In this document: positions 21,691 to 31,809 of the stretch, piece by piece | Layout: every line of letters starts with the position of its first letter | Position numbering within the stretch: the stretch's first letter is position 1 | Assembly: GCA_963733095.1 (NCBI GenBank) | Contig: CAVTBV010000012.1 | Location: 192,001-256,000, forward strand | Source: Candidatus Bathyarchaeota archaeon | GTDB taxonomy: Archaea; Thermoproteota; Bathyarchaeia; Bathyarchaeales; Bathycorpusculaceae | DNA length: 64,000 nucleotides | Direction of reading: 5' to 3' | The notes under the pieces: generated by a model | What the model was told of the DNA's origin: nothing | The model's input: only the letters and a program-made list of their open reading frames with translations | The model's database searches: none | Translations under genes and position numbers: made by a program

Positions 21691-22116
21691 CTACGATATT
21701 TTGAATAGGATGCGTTCTGGGACGCCGTTATCTTCCACCACAAGGTACTTGAGGCCGTCAGTGTCGCCGAGTTGGTCAAGCCACTTAAGGGCTTCACGAG
21801 CCTTCTGCAAGACCAACAACCGTTCTTGGTGACTGCGGACCACGGATTCTATGGCCGTTAACTCATGGAAGGGGTTAGCATCCAAAACAATGTTTAGTGT
21901 TCCCACAGTGATTTCGCTTGCGTTCTCAGTTGGGGCTTTTTTGCCCGCCAACTTCATTACGACTTCGCGAACTTTTTTCGATTTTTCCGCCAAAGTGCGG
22001 ATTTCATCGAGTTTTCGCAGGTACTCGCCCAAGACACTTTTGGTTTCGGACAGCTCTTTGTCTAAGTCTTCGGCTATTGCCTGGGCGGATGTGTATTCTT
22101 TGATTTGTGTTACCAT
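21691..22116 (-). CDS. Hypothetical coiled-coil protein
   Basis: Starts MVTQIKEY after GGAG; co-oriented with the roadblock genes. Confidence 0.7.
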   Translation of the reverse strand: MVTQIKEYTSAQAIAEDLDKELSETKSVLGEYLRKLDEIRTLAEKSKKVREVVMKLAGKKAPTENASEITVGTLNIVLDANPFHELTAIESVVRSHQERLLVLQKAREALKWLDQLGDTDGLKYLVVEDNGVPERILFKIS

Positions 22117-22319
22117 GATTTTTCTACTCCTAGATTTATTTGTCAAGAAAATAAAGGAAGGAAAGTTAGGTGAAATTTCAATTCCACCTTACCCCCAAAT
22201 TTATAGGTTATCTCAAGTATTGCTTATTGTGTGGTGCTTAAGAGCAGCGTATGGTCGCGGTGTAGGTTATTGTGTTACCTTTTGCAGTCATTATTTTTAT
22301 ATGATATTGTGCGGCGTCA

Positions 22320-22727
22320 GCTAAAAGCAGTTCCTGACATCAGAGCGACTGTGTAATCGTGACACGTACGGTACTGCCTTTAGCTAATGACGACAGCATC
22401 TCCTAAGACCCACCATCAGCATTATTGCGTTTGCATAGTGCGCACTGTTTCCATCAATAGTCTGAGATGAAATGTTACTGAAGAGATCCGGTATTCTGAA
22501 TTGTGACACAGCTAAGCATCGCCAGGGCTATTAGTTTGATCAGCATAATTCAACATTTGTTACTTGTTACTTGTTCTGCGTTTCCCATAAGACCGATGGT
22601 CATCCCTCCCATCCATGCAGCAACGACAACGCTGACTGCGACGGTAACGGCGATTAAGATGATTGATGCGACTACGGGGCTTAGTGCTTTCGAGTTTTTC
22701 TTTATTTTTCTTATGATATGTGTTCAT
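22320..22727 (-). pseudogene. Archaeal type IV pilin/archaellin-like pseudogene
   Basis: Class III signal peptide KKNSKALSPVVASIILIAVTVAVSVVVAAWMGG, out of frame with the ATG at 22727; further frameshifts and stops; later VTIQNTGS. Confidence 0.75.
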
Positions 22728-22893
22728 TTTCTTTTTTCCTTTTTTGGTCTTGTAATAGGTAATTGTCGTAAATGTTTCTTTTAAATATTACGTCTTACTA
22801 CACAATATTAAAAATAAGTTGAACACAACTACAACACCCAACAAAAAAGCAAAAAATAAAAGAAAAGAACGGCTACAAGCCATCCACAAAAAA

Positions 22894-23235
22894 CTAATCT
22901 TTAAGATCCAACTCGTCAAAAAACCCGAGAAGCATCTTGGCCACTTTTTCCCCAAGTTCAGTCTTAACATAGTACTTCTTGAGGGGGTCAATTCGTTCAC
23001 TCTTAGCTAAACCCAGAGATTCGATTTCAATCATCCTGGCCCTAAAGGTGCCATCGCTGAGCGTCAAGTTGTTCTCGCGCATGAAATCTTTTGCATCCTT
23101 CCATTTGCCACGACCAACATGGAGCAGCAGTAGGCAGTCGATGGCATGGTCTTTCTCGAGCATCGATTTTATAGCAGCTATCTTTGGCTCTGTGAGCACA
23201 TGCTTAATCTTATCTTCATCCACATTCTTCACCAT
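22894..23235 (-). CDS. Winged-helix DNA-binding protein
   Basis: LSDGTFRARMIEIESLGLA...YYVKTELGEKV. Confidence 0.7.
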   Translation of the reverse strand: MVKNVDEDKIKHVLTEPKIAAIKSMLEKDHAIDCLLLLHVGRGKWKDAKDFMRENNLTLSDGTFRARMIEIESLGLAKSERIDPLKKYYVKTELGEKVAKMLLGFFDELDLKD

Positions 23236-23533
23236 TTTTTTAGTCTCCTTTCATTTTGATTGTTATTGGAAAAAGACGTCAAAGCATATAAACTATATTA
23301 CGAAAGACGACACATATCTCCAGACGCCGATCTCCCAAATAAAATTAATTACAACATCACCTTAATAAATATGCAACCAAGCAATCGAAAAACAAATCAA
23401 GCACTAATAAAATTCAATGTAAAAATAGAATCACATGCACAATAATCTTTTAATTACCTAAAAGCCAAAAATTGGATGGCTATTAAATTGCATGATCTAT
23501 TTGTTTTAGGGAAATGCTTAACAGAGCCAGAAA

Positions 23534-24148
23534 TTGCTTACTTCCCTCATGGAAGTTAGAGATGTACCTTTGAACATCGACTATGAAGTTCCAACATGGA
23601 ACCAAATCTACGACATGCTACTCTGCCAAGTCCAAAAAATCAGGCGACAAAACTACCGCCCAGACATCATCGTCGCAGTCGCGCGAGGCGGCACAGTGCC
23701 CGCCCGCATCCTAACCGACCTGCTGGAAACCCCTGCCCTCTGCTTCATCCAAATTGAATTCTACTCTGACATCCAAAAAACCCAACCCCAACCCACTCTA
23801 AAACAAATCCTAACCACACAAATAACAGGCAAAAAAACCCTCTTAGTCGACGACATCGCCGACACAGGAGAAAGCCTAAAACTCGCCCAAACCTACCTCC
23901 AACAGCAAGGCGCCCAACAAATCAAAACCGCCACCCTCTACCAGAAACTCCAAACCGCATTTATTCCAGACTTTTACGAAAAACTAACCACCAGTTGGGT
24001 AGTTTTTCCCTGGGATACAAAGGAAACTCTGCGGAAAATAATTCAAAGGCAGAAGAGTAAGCGAGCAGTAAATCAGGAAGTTACAAAACTCGTAAGAGCA
24101 GGCTTACCCAAACAACTATCCGAGAAACTTTTAAAGGAGATGCAGTGA
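23534..24148 (+). CDS. Purine phosphoribosyltransferase family protein
   Basis: IVAVARGG, LLVDDIADTGESL, WVVFPW. Confidence 0.9.
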   Translation: MLTSLMEVRDVPLNIDYEVPTWNQIYDMLLCQVQKIRRQNYRPDIIVAVARGGTVPARILTDLLETPALCFIQIEFYSDIQKTQPQPTLKQILTTQITGKKTLLVDDIADTGESLKLAQTYLQQQGAQQIKTATLYQKLQTAFIPDFYEKLTTSWVVFPWDTKETLRKIIQRQKSKRAVNQEVTKLVRAGLPKQLSEKLLKEMQ

Positions 24149-24157
24149 GGGACCAAA

Positions 24158-24724
24158 ATGCTTCAGTACATAAAAGAATATGACCAATACGTGGAAATAA
24201 CAGGGTACAGAGGCGTAACGTTCGAGGTAGTAGAAGCCTTCCTAAAGAAAAATCGCAAACAAACAGGACAAGACCTAAACGTGCAATTCTTCGACTCTGA
24301 TCACATCGCAACGCACCAGCATCTGTACTTTGCCGTCCTAAACGCGCTCCAAGCCTTTCAAAACAAAACCAACCACTCAAGAACCCCCGCCATGGAAACC
24401 ATCCTCTACACCTCCGCCCAACGCCAAATACAAAAAGCCATAGAACGCTGCGGAATAAAGCCAAAAACAAAAAACATGGCCCTCACAATCATCGGCGAAG
24501 ACCCAAAACAAATAGAAACCACCCTTGAAGCAGTAACCAAAAGCATCGGCAGCCCTCCCGACGGCACAGTTCTGGAAATGACAAAAACCAAAGCAACAAA
24601 AATCAAAAAAGCCTTCCAAATCACCAAGGAAGAATTAGCTACCGTAATGACTGACGGCGACCAAGACAAAGCAATCGTGAACTTGGTCATTGAGCGAGTT
24701 GCGCTGCTTTCAACTCAGTTTTAA
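24158..24724 (+). CDS. cgi121: KEOPS complex subunit Cgi121
   Basis: QFFDSDHIA...HLYFA...ETILYTSAQRQIQKAI. Confidence 0.85.
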   Translation: MLQYIKEYDQYVEITGYRGVTFEVVEAFLKKNRKQTGQDLNVQFFDSDHIATHQHLYFAVLNALQAFQNKTNHSRTPAMETILYTSAQRQIQKAIERCGIKPKTKNMALTIIGEDPKQIETTLEAVTKSIGSPPDGTVLEMTKTKATKIKKAFQITKEELATVMTDGDQDKAIVNLVIERVALLSTQF

Positions 24725-25252
24725 TTAAAGCATTTTTTCTTTAACAACCGCCAAGATATCACTGGGCTTTAACAAAGACAAACCAGTTAACGCACCCAAA
24801 ACCTCGATAAGCAAGATTTTGTCAGGGTTCTCAAGGCTAACATTGTTTTTAATATCCCCCGCACCTGCCTCAATCAGGTCTTTTGTGTGGAGGGTAGTGA
24901 AGCGTTTTTCAACTGTAACACGGAAACTTTCATTCTCTCCCAGTTTGGCTGCTAATTCCGCAGTGGCTTTTTTGATTTCCGCCAGATCCGTCTGCACAAC
25001 CTGCTGGATGGGCAGGATTCTTAGGGCGTAGCGGAACTCATAGGGGCGTTCTTTTAGGATGGCGTGGAATTTCTCTATGACCGCGACGGGGTCAAAGGCG
25101 GTTTTGGCTACGATTAAGCCGCGGATTTTTGTCTTAACAGCCTGCGCTTCTGCATCGCCCAGTTCTTCTTTGAGCAGATAGAGTATTTCGTTAATCATCG
25201 GACGCTCGTTTCCTCGGGCAGTGGTTGCTAAAAGGTTAAAGTCGTGTATCAT
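24725..25252 (-). CDS. THUMP domain RNA-binding protein
   Basis: DFNLLATT, SFRVTVEKR, VSLENPDKILLIEV; start MIHDF. Confidence 0.85.
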   Translation of the reverse strand: MIHDFNLLATTARGNERPMINEILYLLKEELGDAEAQAVKTKIRGLIVAKTAFDPVAVIEKFHAILKERPYEFRYALRILPIQQVVQTDLAEIKKATAELAAKLGENESFRVTVEKRFTTLHTKDLIEAGAGDIKNNVSLENPDKILLIEVLGALTGLSLLKPSDILAVVKEKML

Positions 25253-25768
25253 TGCAGTTCTCTCAGGAAGGGAATGAACGTGAACTGTTATTTTTGTTTT
25301 CCCTATACAGGTTGGTGCTTTGGTTATTCTCAAAATTAGCGTTAAATTTCAACATAATAATGAGACTACTTTCAATCGATACGACCACCCATTAGGACTT
25401 TTGCCACCCTTTATCACGTTTCTGCAGAGCCTAAAAGAAGCCCGATTAGCCGAACGCCACAGACAACAGAAGGCGGGTTACGTCCAACACACCAGCCTGA
25501 GGAAAATCTTTACAACGACTCAAAGCCCTCAGAGTAATCGTTTATGCCATATTGAAGGGATTAATGAATGATAAACGTCTAATTGTAATTATAAGTAGGG
25601 ACTACAGTTTTCCTAACCTGTCTTTTTCTTTAGCACTGCAGTGATGGTGCTTTTTTTGGGCGGGTGGTTTATTTAAAAATATCGTCATTGAACTGGACCT
25701 ATTGGGTTGGGAAAATGTGTGCTTTGTTATGTTAATTAAACTAAAAAAGAAAATTAAAGAGGGGAAGT

Positions 25769-27421
25769 TTATTCTTCGCCCATGCCGCCCGGCATTCCGC
25801 CGCCTGGGCCACCTGGACCGCCTTTTGGCGCCTTTGAGGTTATGACGTCGTCGATGCGCAGTATCATAGCTGCTGATTCGGCTGCTGATTTGATTGCTTG
25901 TTCTTTGACAACAATTGGTTCAATTACTCCGTTTTCGATGCTGTTCTGGAGTTTGCCGGTGAACACGTTAATTCCCATATACTTGCCAGATTCTTTGTCG
26001 TGCACTTGCCTTAGTTCGACGAGTATGTCGATTGGCTCAAGTCCTGCGTTTTCTGCGAGTGTGCGTGGGATAACTTCAACTGCGTCTGCGAATGCTTCTA
26101 CTGCGAGTTGTTCGCGTCCGCCGACTTTGGTTGCGTACTTGCGTAGTTCTTTAGCAATTTCGATTTCGACTGCTCCGCCGCCTGCAACGATGCTGTTGTT
26201 TTCTAAAACGTCTGAGACGACTGAAAGGGAGTCGGTTATTGCTCTTTCTGCTTCGTCGACAAGGCGTTCGAGTCCTGCGCGGATAAGGATTGCAACTGAG
26301 TGTGGGTCTTTGCATTTTTCGACGAAAATCATTTTGTCGTCCCCGATTTTGCGTTCGACGACTAAGCCTGCGCTGCCAAGATCTGCTTTCTTTAGGTCAT
26401 CTAAGTCGCTGACTATTCTTCCGCCTGTGGCTCTTGCTAGTTTTTCCATGTCAGATTCTTTTACGCGGCGGGCTGCCATTATGCCTTCTTTGGATAAGAA
26501 GTGCTGTACCATGTCGTCGATGCCTTTTTGGCAGAAGATTACGTCTGCGCCTGAGGCTTTGATTTTTGTAACCATGTCTTGCATCATGTCGGTTTCTTGG
26601 TCGAGGAACGCTTTCATCTGTTTGGGGTCTTTGATGCGGATTTCAGCTGTGATCTCTGTTTTTTCGATTTCTAGGGCTGAATCTAATAGTGCAATCTTTG
26701 CGTTTTCCTTGGTTTTTGGCATGCTGGGGCTGACGACTTCTTTGTCGATGATTATGCCTTGGATAAGTTGAGTTTCAAGAAGGCTCTTGCCTGTTTTCTT
26801 GACGAGTTGGATGTTGTCTATGTCAGCGATTGTTTTGTCTGCGCGTTTCTCTGCGATTTGTTTGACTGCATCGATGGATATTTCTGCTAAGTGGTCTTTT
26901 GCTGAACCCACGGCTTTGCTGCTCATGGAGGTTAATGCAACTCTGAGGAGGGTCTTGCGGTCATTGATGTCTAGGGGCACGGCCATTTTTCCTATGGCTT
27001 CGATTGCCTTTACTGAGGCTTTGCGGTAGCCGCTGACCAATATTGTTGGGTGTATGTTTTGGTCGAGGAGTTCTTCGGCTTTTCTGAGTAATTCGCTTGC
27101 TAATACGACTGCAGATGTTGTTCCATCGCCAACCATGTCATCTTGGGTTTTTGCGATTTCAACCATCATTTTTGCTGCGGGGTGTTCAACGTCGATTTCT
27201 TTCAGGATGGCTGCGCCGTCGTTTGTAATTGTGATGTCGCCTAGGCTGTCGATAAGCATCTTGTCCATGCCTCGTGGACCCAAGGTTGTTTTTAGCACTT
27301 CACCGATTACTCGTGCTGCCATGATGTTGTTTCTTTGGGCTTCTTTACCTCTGCTTCTTGTTGTTCCTTCTTTAAGGATGAGGACTGGTTGTCCTGAACC
27401 CGTTGTTGTTAAATACGCCAT
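25769..27421 (-). CDS. ths: Thermosome (group II chaperonin) subunit
   Basis: TTLGPRGMDKM, ITNDGA, GDGTTS, GGM tail. Confidence 0.97.
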   Translation of the reverse strand: MAYLTTTGSGQPVLILKEGTTRSRGKEAQRNNIMAARVIGEVLKTTLGPRGMDKMLIDSLGDITITNDGAAILKEIDVEHPAAKMMVEIAKTQDDMVGDGTTSAVVLASELLRKAEELLDQNIHPTILVSGYRKASVKAIEAIGKMAVPLDINDRKTLLRVALTSMSSKAVGSAKDHLAEISIDAVKQIAEKRADKTIADIDNIQLVKKTGKSLLETQLIQGIIIDKEVVSPSMPKTKENAKIALLDSALEIEKTEITAEIRIKDPKQMKAFLDQETDMMQDMVTKIKASGADVIFCQKGIDDMVQHFLSKEGIMAARRVKESDMEKLARATGGRIVSDLDDLKKADLGSAGLVVERKIGDDKMIFVEKCKDPHSVAILIRAGLERLVDEAERAITDSLSVVSDVLENNSIVAGGGAVEIEIAKELRKYATKVGGREQLAVEAFADAVEVIPRTLAENAGLEPIDILVELRQVHDKESGKYMGINVFTGKLQNSIENGVIEPIVVKEQAIKSAAESAAMILRIDDVITSKAPKGGPGGPGGGMPGGMGEE

Positions 27422-27876
27422 ATTATCATTCCCTACTTTACTAGAACTTGTTTAATTCGGAAATATGCAAAAAGTCAACGGAAATATAAACTTTTACCCT
27501 TAAAATCGCCCTGTCCTTATTTTTAACCCCCGATTTAAATGATAAAAACAAATACATGAGAAGCCTTGTAGGGAACAGAGCACGCTGGAAACAGCGCAAG
27601 CAGTAAATGCTCAACAACATGAAACAAAAAACAACCTAACGTTAACGCAGTAGAGAGCACAATTGAAACTACTGTCTTTTGGTTGTTTTGTATAGTGGGT
27701 TTTGATGGCGATTATCAGAAAAACAAAATCCAGTTACAGAAGGAAACTGATGCTCATCGTTAAAGTTTCTCGGGAGCCACCAAAAAACAGTTGCTCCATA
27801 TAAGGAAAATAATGTGCCCTAAAGCGATATAAAATTGACAGTTAACTAAAATTAAGAAAAACAAGAAAATAAAAAT

Positions 27877-28107
27877 TTAGTAGAAGTTACGGGCTTCTTT
27901 GCGTTTTTCCGCTTCTTCATAGAACCGGAGGACTTCATCGATGATTTCCACGTTAGAGAGCAACATGCGTCTGCAACAGTACCGTTTCAAGCCTAAGCTG
28001 TCCAGCACGTCGCTGGCATTCTCGCCTGTTTTGATTCGGCGTGTGAATTCGTCCCATCGGTCTCCTACGAGTTTGCCGCATGTGAAGCATCTTACGGGGA
28101 TAATCAT
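27877..28107 (-). CDS. rpoN: RNA polymerase subunit N (Rpo10)
   Basis: [12 protein letters not shown]...RYCCRRM. Confidence 0.97.
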   Translation of the reverse strand: MIIPVRCFTCGKLVGDRWDEFTRRIKTGENASDVLDSLGLKRYCCRRMLLSNVEIIDEVLRFYEEAEKRKEARNFY

Positions 28108-28121
28108 TTTGTTTTTTCTCC

Positions 28122-28532
28122 TTATCTGTAGCTTTTCTGTTCTTTGGACCGTGCGCCTGCTCCGCCGACTTTCTTTGTTTCTTTGGTTCTGCTGTCTCCG
28201 GCAACCATTGTGCGGTCATATTCGTTAAAGACGGTGCGTAGGTGGGTACTTTTTGTCCATTTTAGGAGTGCGTTTGATATTGCCATGCGTGCTGCTTCTG
28301 CTTGTCCCATGTAGCCTCCGCCGCTGGTTTTAACGTCCATGTCGAGTTGTTGCCAGACGTCGACGCCTGCCTGCAGGAGGGGTTCCATGATCTTTGCTTT
28401 TGCGATGTCGGGTTCGTAAATTTCAACTGGAGTTAGATTTATTCGTACTCTTCCAACGCCCTGTTTAACGATGGCGCGGGCGACTGCGGTTTTTCGTTTT
28501 CCACTTACAACTAAGACTTTTTTTGCGGGCAT
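28122..28532 (-). CDS. rps9: 30S ribosomal protein S9
   Basis: [25 protein letters not shown]; start MPAKK. Confidence 0.96.
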   Translation of the reverse strand: MPAKKVLVVSGKRKTAVARAIVKQGVGRVRINLTPVEIYEPDIAKAKIMEPLLQAGVDVWQQLDMDVKTSGGGYMGQAEAARMAISNALLKWTKSTHLRTVFNEYDRTMVAGDSRTKETKKVGGAGARSKEQKSYR

Positions 28533-28534
28533 AA

Positions 28535-28993
28535 TTATTCCATCCTGTTGAACCATCCGATTTCGGATGCCAATTCACCGAGGGTAAAGTGCGGCCCTTT
28601 GAGGTTTGCTGAATTGGCTTCTTCGAAGGTTATCATTTTTTGGTTTTTATATTCAATTGGTACGCCCATGAATACTTTGAGGCGTTTGTAGGCGTTTTTG
28701 CCTTTGGGCTGTTTATAGGGGACCATGCCGCGTACGGTTTTTCGTAGGAAACGGTCTGGTCGGCGGTAATGGAAGGGACCGCGCATTGGGGCGCCTACTT
28801 CGAGGAATTTGTGGGCTTCTGCTACTTTGCTTTTCTTTTTGCCTGAGAATATGGCTTTTTCTGCGTTTAGGATGATTACTTCTTCGCCGTTTAGTAGTCG
28901 TTTGGCGACTTTGCTGCACATGCGGCCTACGATTAAGCCTTCGGCGTTTACGAAGGTTATTGGGGATTGGGTTGTTGTTTCCATTTTGCTCAC
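28535..28993 (-). CDS. rpl13: 50S ribosomal protein L13
   Basis: GRMCSKVAKRLL, GPFHYRRPD, RGMVP. Confidence 0.96.
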   Translation of the reverse strand: MSKMETTTQSPITFVNAEGLIVGRMCSKVAKRLLNGEEVIILNAEKAIFSGKKKSKVAEAHKFLEVGAPMRGPFHYRRPDRFLRKTVRGMVPYKQPKGKNAYKRLKVFMGVPIEYKNQKMITFEEANSANLKGPHFTLGELASEIGWFNRME

Positions 28994-29352
28994 CGGATGA
29001 TTTTTACGTTTGAGCCTTTGGGGTTTTTGGCCATTAGCTCTGGGATTGTGATGTATTTTGCTTTGGCAGCTTCAAGCTTTGCCTTTGCTTTATCTGAAAC
29101 GTCGAATGACGCGACGGTTATAGTGTGGTCTATGCTGCCTGATGCTAAGAGTTTGCCTGGAACAATCACCACATCGGCTTTTTTAGTGTGTCTGTTGAGT
29201 TTGCTCAGGTTAACGGCTACGCGTTGGCTGCGTGGCTTTGCTAAGTGGTCGGCAATGTCTAGCCAGATGGCTGCTTGTTTTTCTCTGCTTTCTTTCTTTA
29301 GAAGCCCTATGAGCTCGATTAGTTGTGGGTTTGTGGTTTTGGTTTCTCTCAT
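28990..29352 (-). CDS. rpl18e: 50S ribosomal protein L18e
   Basis: TNPQL, VNLSKL, VPGKLL, NPKGSNVKII. Confidence 0.96.
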   Translation of the reverse strand: MRETKTTNPQLIELIGLLKKESREKQAAIWLDIADHLAKPRSQRVAVNLSKLNRHTKKADVVIVPGKLLASGSIDHTITVASFDVSDKAKAKLEAAKAKYITIPELMAKNPKGSNVKIIR

Positions 29353-30164
29353 TGTTGTTCAGCCTTAATTTGTTCTTCAAACTCGTTTAGTTGTTTGCCT
29401 AACAGTTTAGTTGCCTCTCTTAGCACTCGTTCTGGAGGAAGCGCACCGGTAGACTCTACGTTCATTATGAAAGCGTTCTTTTCCCATTCAACCTTTAGTG
29501 GCGATGGTTTTTGTGGGCATACTTCTACGCAGTCCATGCAAAGGTTACAGGCTAAAAGGTCTCTTACATCGATTTTGTCGTCTTTTATGGTAAGGACTTT
29601 CTTTGGGCAGATATCTGCGCATTTTGAGCAGTCTTTGCATTTCTCGGTTGGAGTGGTGATTTTTGGGTAGTATTTGTATGCGCACATTGAGACTGGTTGC
29701 CATTTTGCGTGGGTTTTGCCTTTACCGAGCCTTGCGTAGGCTTCAAGTTTAAGTTTCTGGTTTTTTGCTAGTTTAACTATTGGGATTTTGTCTGAGACTG
29801 GAACTATTTCAGGATTTTCTGAGACTAATTCTCCCGAGTAGACTGTTCTTGTTCCGTCTCTTGCTTCAGCGTCTATGGTCAGGGTTACTCGGCAGGATGA
29901 ACAGCCGAATTCGCTTTTGCACTCGCATTCTTCAGGAGTGTTGTATGCGTCTAAATCGGTCTTTAGTGGTGTGAGTCCCAGTCTGTGGGCGATTATTTCG
30001 TCCTGCAGGATTGAAGAGTTTTCGATCATGACAACTTCTTCGATTGCCATGCAAGAAACCTCAGCAAGTGCTATACGTCGTAGAGCGTTCATTAAGGGCA
30101 CATCCGCTTCTCTTACCGCTATGCGGAGGTTGATATCATTTTTTTCAAGGACTTCTATTTTCAC
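29349..30164 (-). CDS. rpoD: RNA polymerase subunit D (Rpo3) with ferredoxin-like insert
   Basis: NALRR, DEIIAHRLGL, HAKWQP, two CxxCxxCxxxCP motifs. Confidence 0.96.
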   Translation of the reverse strand: MKIEVLEKNDINLRIAVREADVPLMNALRRIALAEVSCMAIEEVVMIENSSILQDEIIAHRLGLTPLKTDLDAYNTPEECECKSEFGCSSCRVTLTIDAEARDGTRTVYSGELVSENPEIVPVSDKIPIVKLAKNQKLKLEAYARLGKGKTHAKWQPVSMCAYKYYPKITTPTEKCKDCSKCADICPKKVLTIKDDKIDVRDLLACNLCMDCVEVCPQKPSPLKVEWEKNAFIMNVESTGALPPERVLREATKLLGKQLNEFEEQIKAEQQ

Positions 30165-30214
30165 TTGCTAAGACTCTCCAATAAGTTATTTTCAATAAAG
30201 GGGGATGCTGCAGA

Positions 30215-30622
30215 TTAAACTCTTCTGCCTCTTCTGCCACCAGGCCTTCTTGTTCCGTCATGGGGGATTGGTGTAACTTCTTCGATGCGTTCAATGCGGA
30301 AACCGAATCGGGCTAATGCTCGGATTGCTGCTTGAGCACCGGGTCCAGGTGTTCTTGGACCGGCGCCGCCTGGAGCTCGGACTTTAATGTGGACGGCTGT
30401 TATTCCTTTGTCACGTGCAATTTCGGCTGCGCCTGTGGATGCTCGCATGGCTGCGTAGGGTGAAGATTCCATGCGGTCGGCTTTGACGAACATTCCGCCT
30501 GTGGTGCGAGCGATGGTTTCTGCGCCTGAGATGTCAGTGATATGAATTAGGGTGTTGTTGTAGGAGCTGAAGATATGAACGATTGCCCATTTCTCATTTC
30601 GTTTGTTGTTGGGAGCGCTCAG
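30215..30622 (-). CDS. rps11: 30S ribosomal protein S11, probable CTG start
   Basis: In-frame upstream extension [28 protein letters not shown]; [16 protein letters not shown]. Confidence 0.93.
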   Translation of the reverse strand: MSAPNNKRNEKWAIVHIFSSYNNTLIHITDISGAETIARTTGGMFVKADRMESSPYAAMRASTGAAEIARDKGITAVHIKVRAPGGAGPRTPGPGAQAAIRALARFGFRIERIEEVTPIPHDGTRRPGGRRGRRV

Positions 30623-31209
30623 AATCTGCCGCCTCCTCGTCCGCCTCTGCGGCCTCTGCTTGGTGGCCTAACTTCTACTTGTTTAGCCACAACTGTTAAA
30701 CCAGCGCGTAATGCGTGTTCTTGGTTTGCTATTGCACTTTCGGGTGAGTAGATTATTTTTGCTTCAGCCTCTTTTGGCACTATATACCCAGGAATTGTTA
30801 CTCTGCGACCATCGATTGTTATGTGTCCATGTGTAATTAGTTGTCGTGATTGGTAGACGGTTCTTGCTAAGCCTTTACGGAAGACGATTGTTTGTAGTCT
30901 GCGTTCCAAGATATCTTCGATGGTTAAGTCTAACACGTTATCTAGTACTGCTGTATCCTGCAGGATACCCTTCTTTTTGAGTTGGGCGAGCAATTCGTTT
31001 TCCATCTTTGCGCGTTCTTCAGTGGATTTACTTATTAGTGAACGGGCGATACCTCTGCTTTTGGATAGAGTGGTTTTGTGTCGCCAGAGTTCATGCTTGT
31101 TTCTTAAGCCAAATTGCCCCAAGAGTTTAAGCTCTTCTTGGAGAACGTCTTTGCGCCATCGGAAACGTGGAGTATCAAATTTCTTACGCTGTTTCTTCGG
31201 ATCGCCCAT
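30619..31209 (-). CDS. rps4: 30S ribosomal protein S4
   Basis: [26 protein letters not shown]. Confidence 0.97.
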   Translation of the reverse strand: MGDPKKQRKKFDTPRFRWRKDVLQEELKLLGQFGLRNKHELWRHKTTLSKSRGIARSLISKSTEERAKMENELLAQLKKKGILQDTAVLDNVLDLTIEDILERRLQTIVFRKGLARTVYQSRQLITHGHITIDGRRVTIPGYIVPKEAEAKIIYSPESAIANQEHALRAGLTVVAKQVEVRPPSRGRRGGRGGGRF

Positions 31210-31211
31210 GC

Positions 31212-31700
31212 TTATTTGCCCCCTTCAGTTCCTCCACCTGGCTTCTGCATCATAGTCTTCTTCTTAACGCCCAATGCTTTGCCTGCTCTTCCAGTGGTTT
31301 TTGTTCTTTGGCCACGTACTTTCAAGCTGTAAGCATGGCGGTATCCACGCCAAGACCTGATTTCTTTGGCTCCATCAATGTCAGTTTTAGTTTTAAAAAT
31401 GAGGTCAGCACTCAAAATATGCTGGTCTTTTCCTGAGTCTGTATCTTTTCGGCGGTTAAACATCCAGCTCGGTATGCCATATTTTACTGGGTCCTTGATG
31501 ACATCTTCTATTTTTGAGATATCTGATTCTGTTATAAATCCCACACGCAGGTCAGGGTTTACGCCTGACTTTTGTAGGACCGCGTTTGCGAGGGCTGCGC
31601 TTACGCCTCTAACTTGCGAAACCGCGTAAATAGTCTTTAGGGTACCTTGAACATCTGTACCCATTATACGAAGTATATAGCGATATTCCTGCTGTGACAT
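31212..31700 (-). CDS. rps13: 30S ribosomal protein S13
   Basis: [23 protein letters not shown]. Confidence 0.97.
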   Translation of the reverse strand: MSQQEYRYILRIMGTDVQGTLKTIYAVSQVRGVSAALANAVLQKSGVNPDLRVGFITESDISKIEDVIKDPVKYGIPSWMFNRRKDTDSGKDQHILSADLIFKTKTDIDGAKEIRSWRGYRHAYSLKVRGQRTKTTGRAGKALGVKKKTMMQKPGGGTEGGK

Positions 31701-31809
31701 GCTAAGTTTTCATCCGTTTTTTAACTTTAAAGCATATACGAAATATGACGGTATTTATTTAAACCTTCTCTTCTAAAAACGACCATCAATCGTAAACGAA
31801 AAATGCATG

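Noticed and set aside
25782-27455. Long plus-strand ORFs opposite the thermosome, and similar ORFs opposite other housekeeping genes
   Set aside because: Antisense shadows of well-identified genes.
27422-27876. tRNA or ncRNA downstream of rpoN
   Set aside because: No cloverleaf or GC-rich stems visible.
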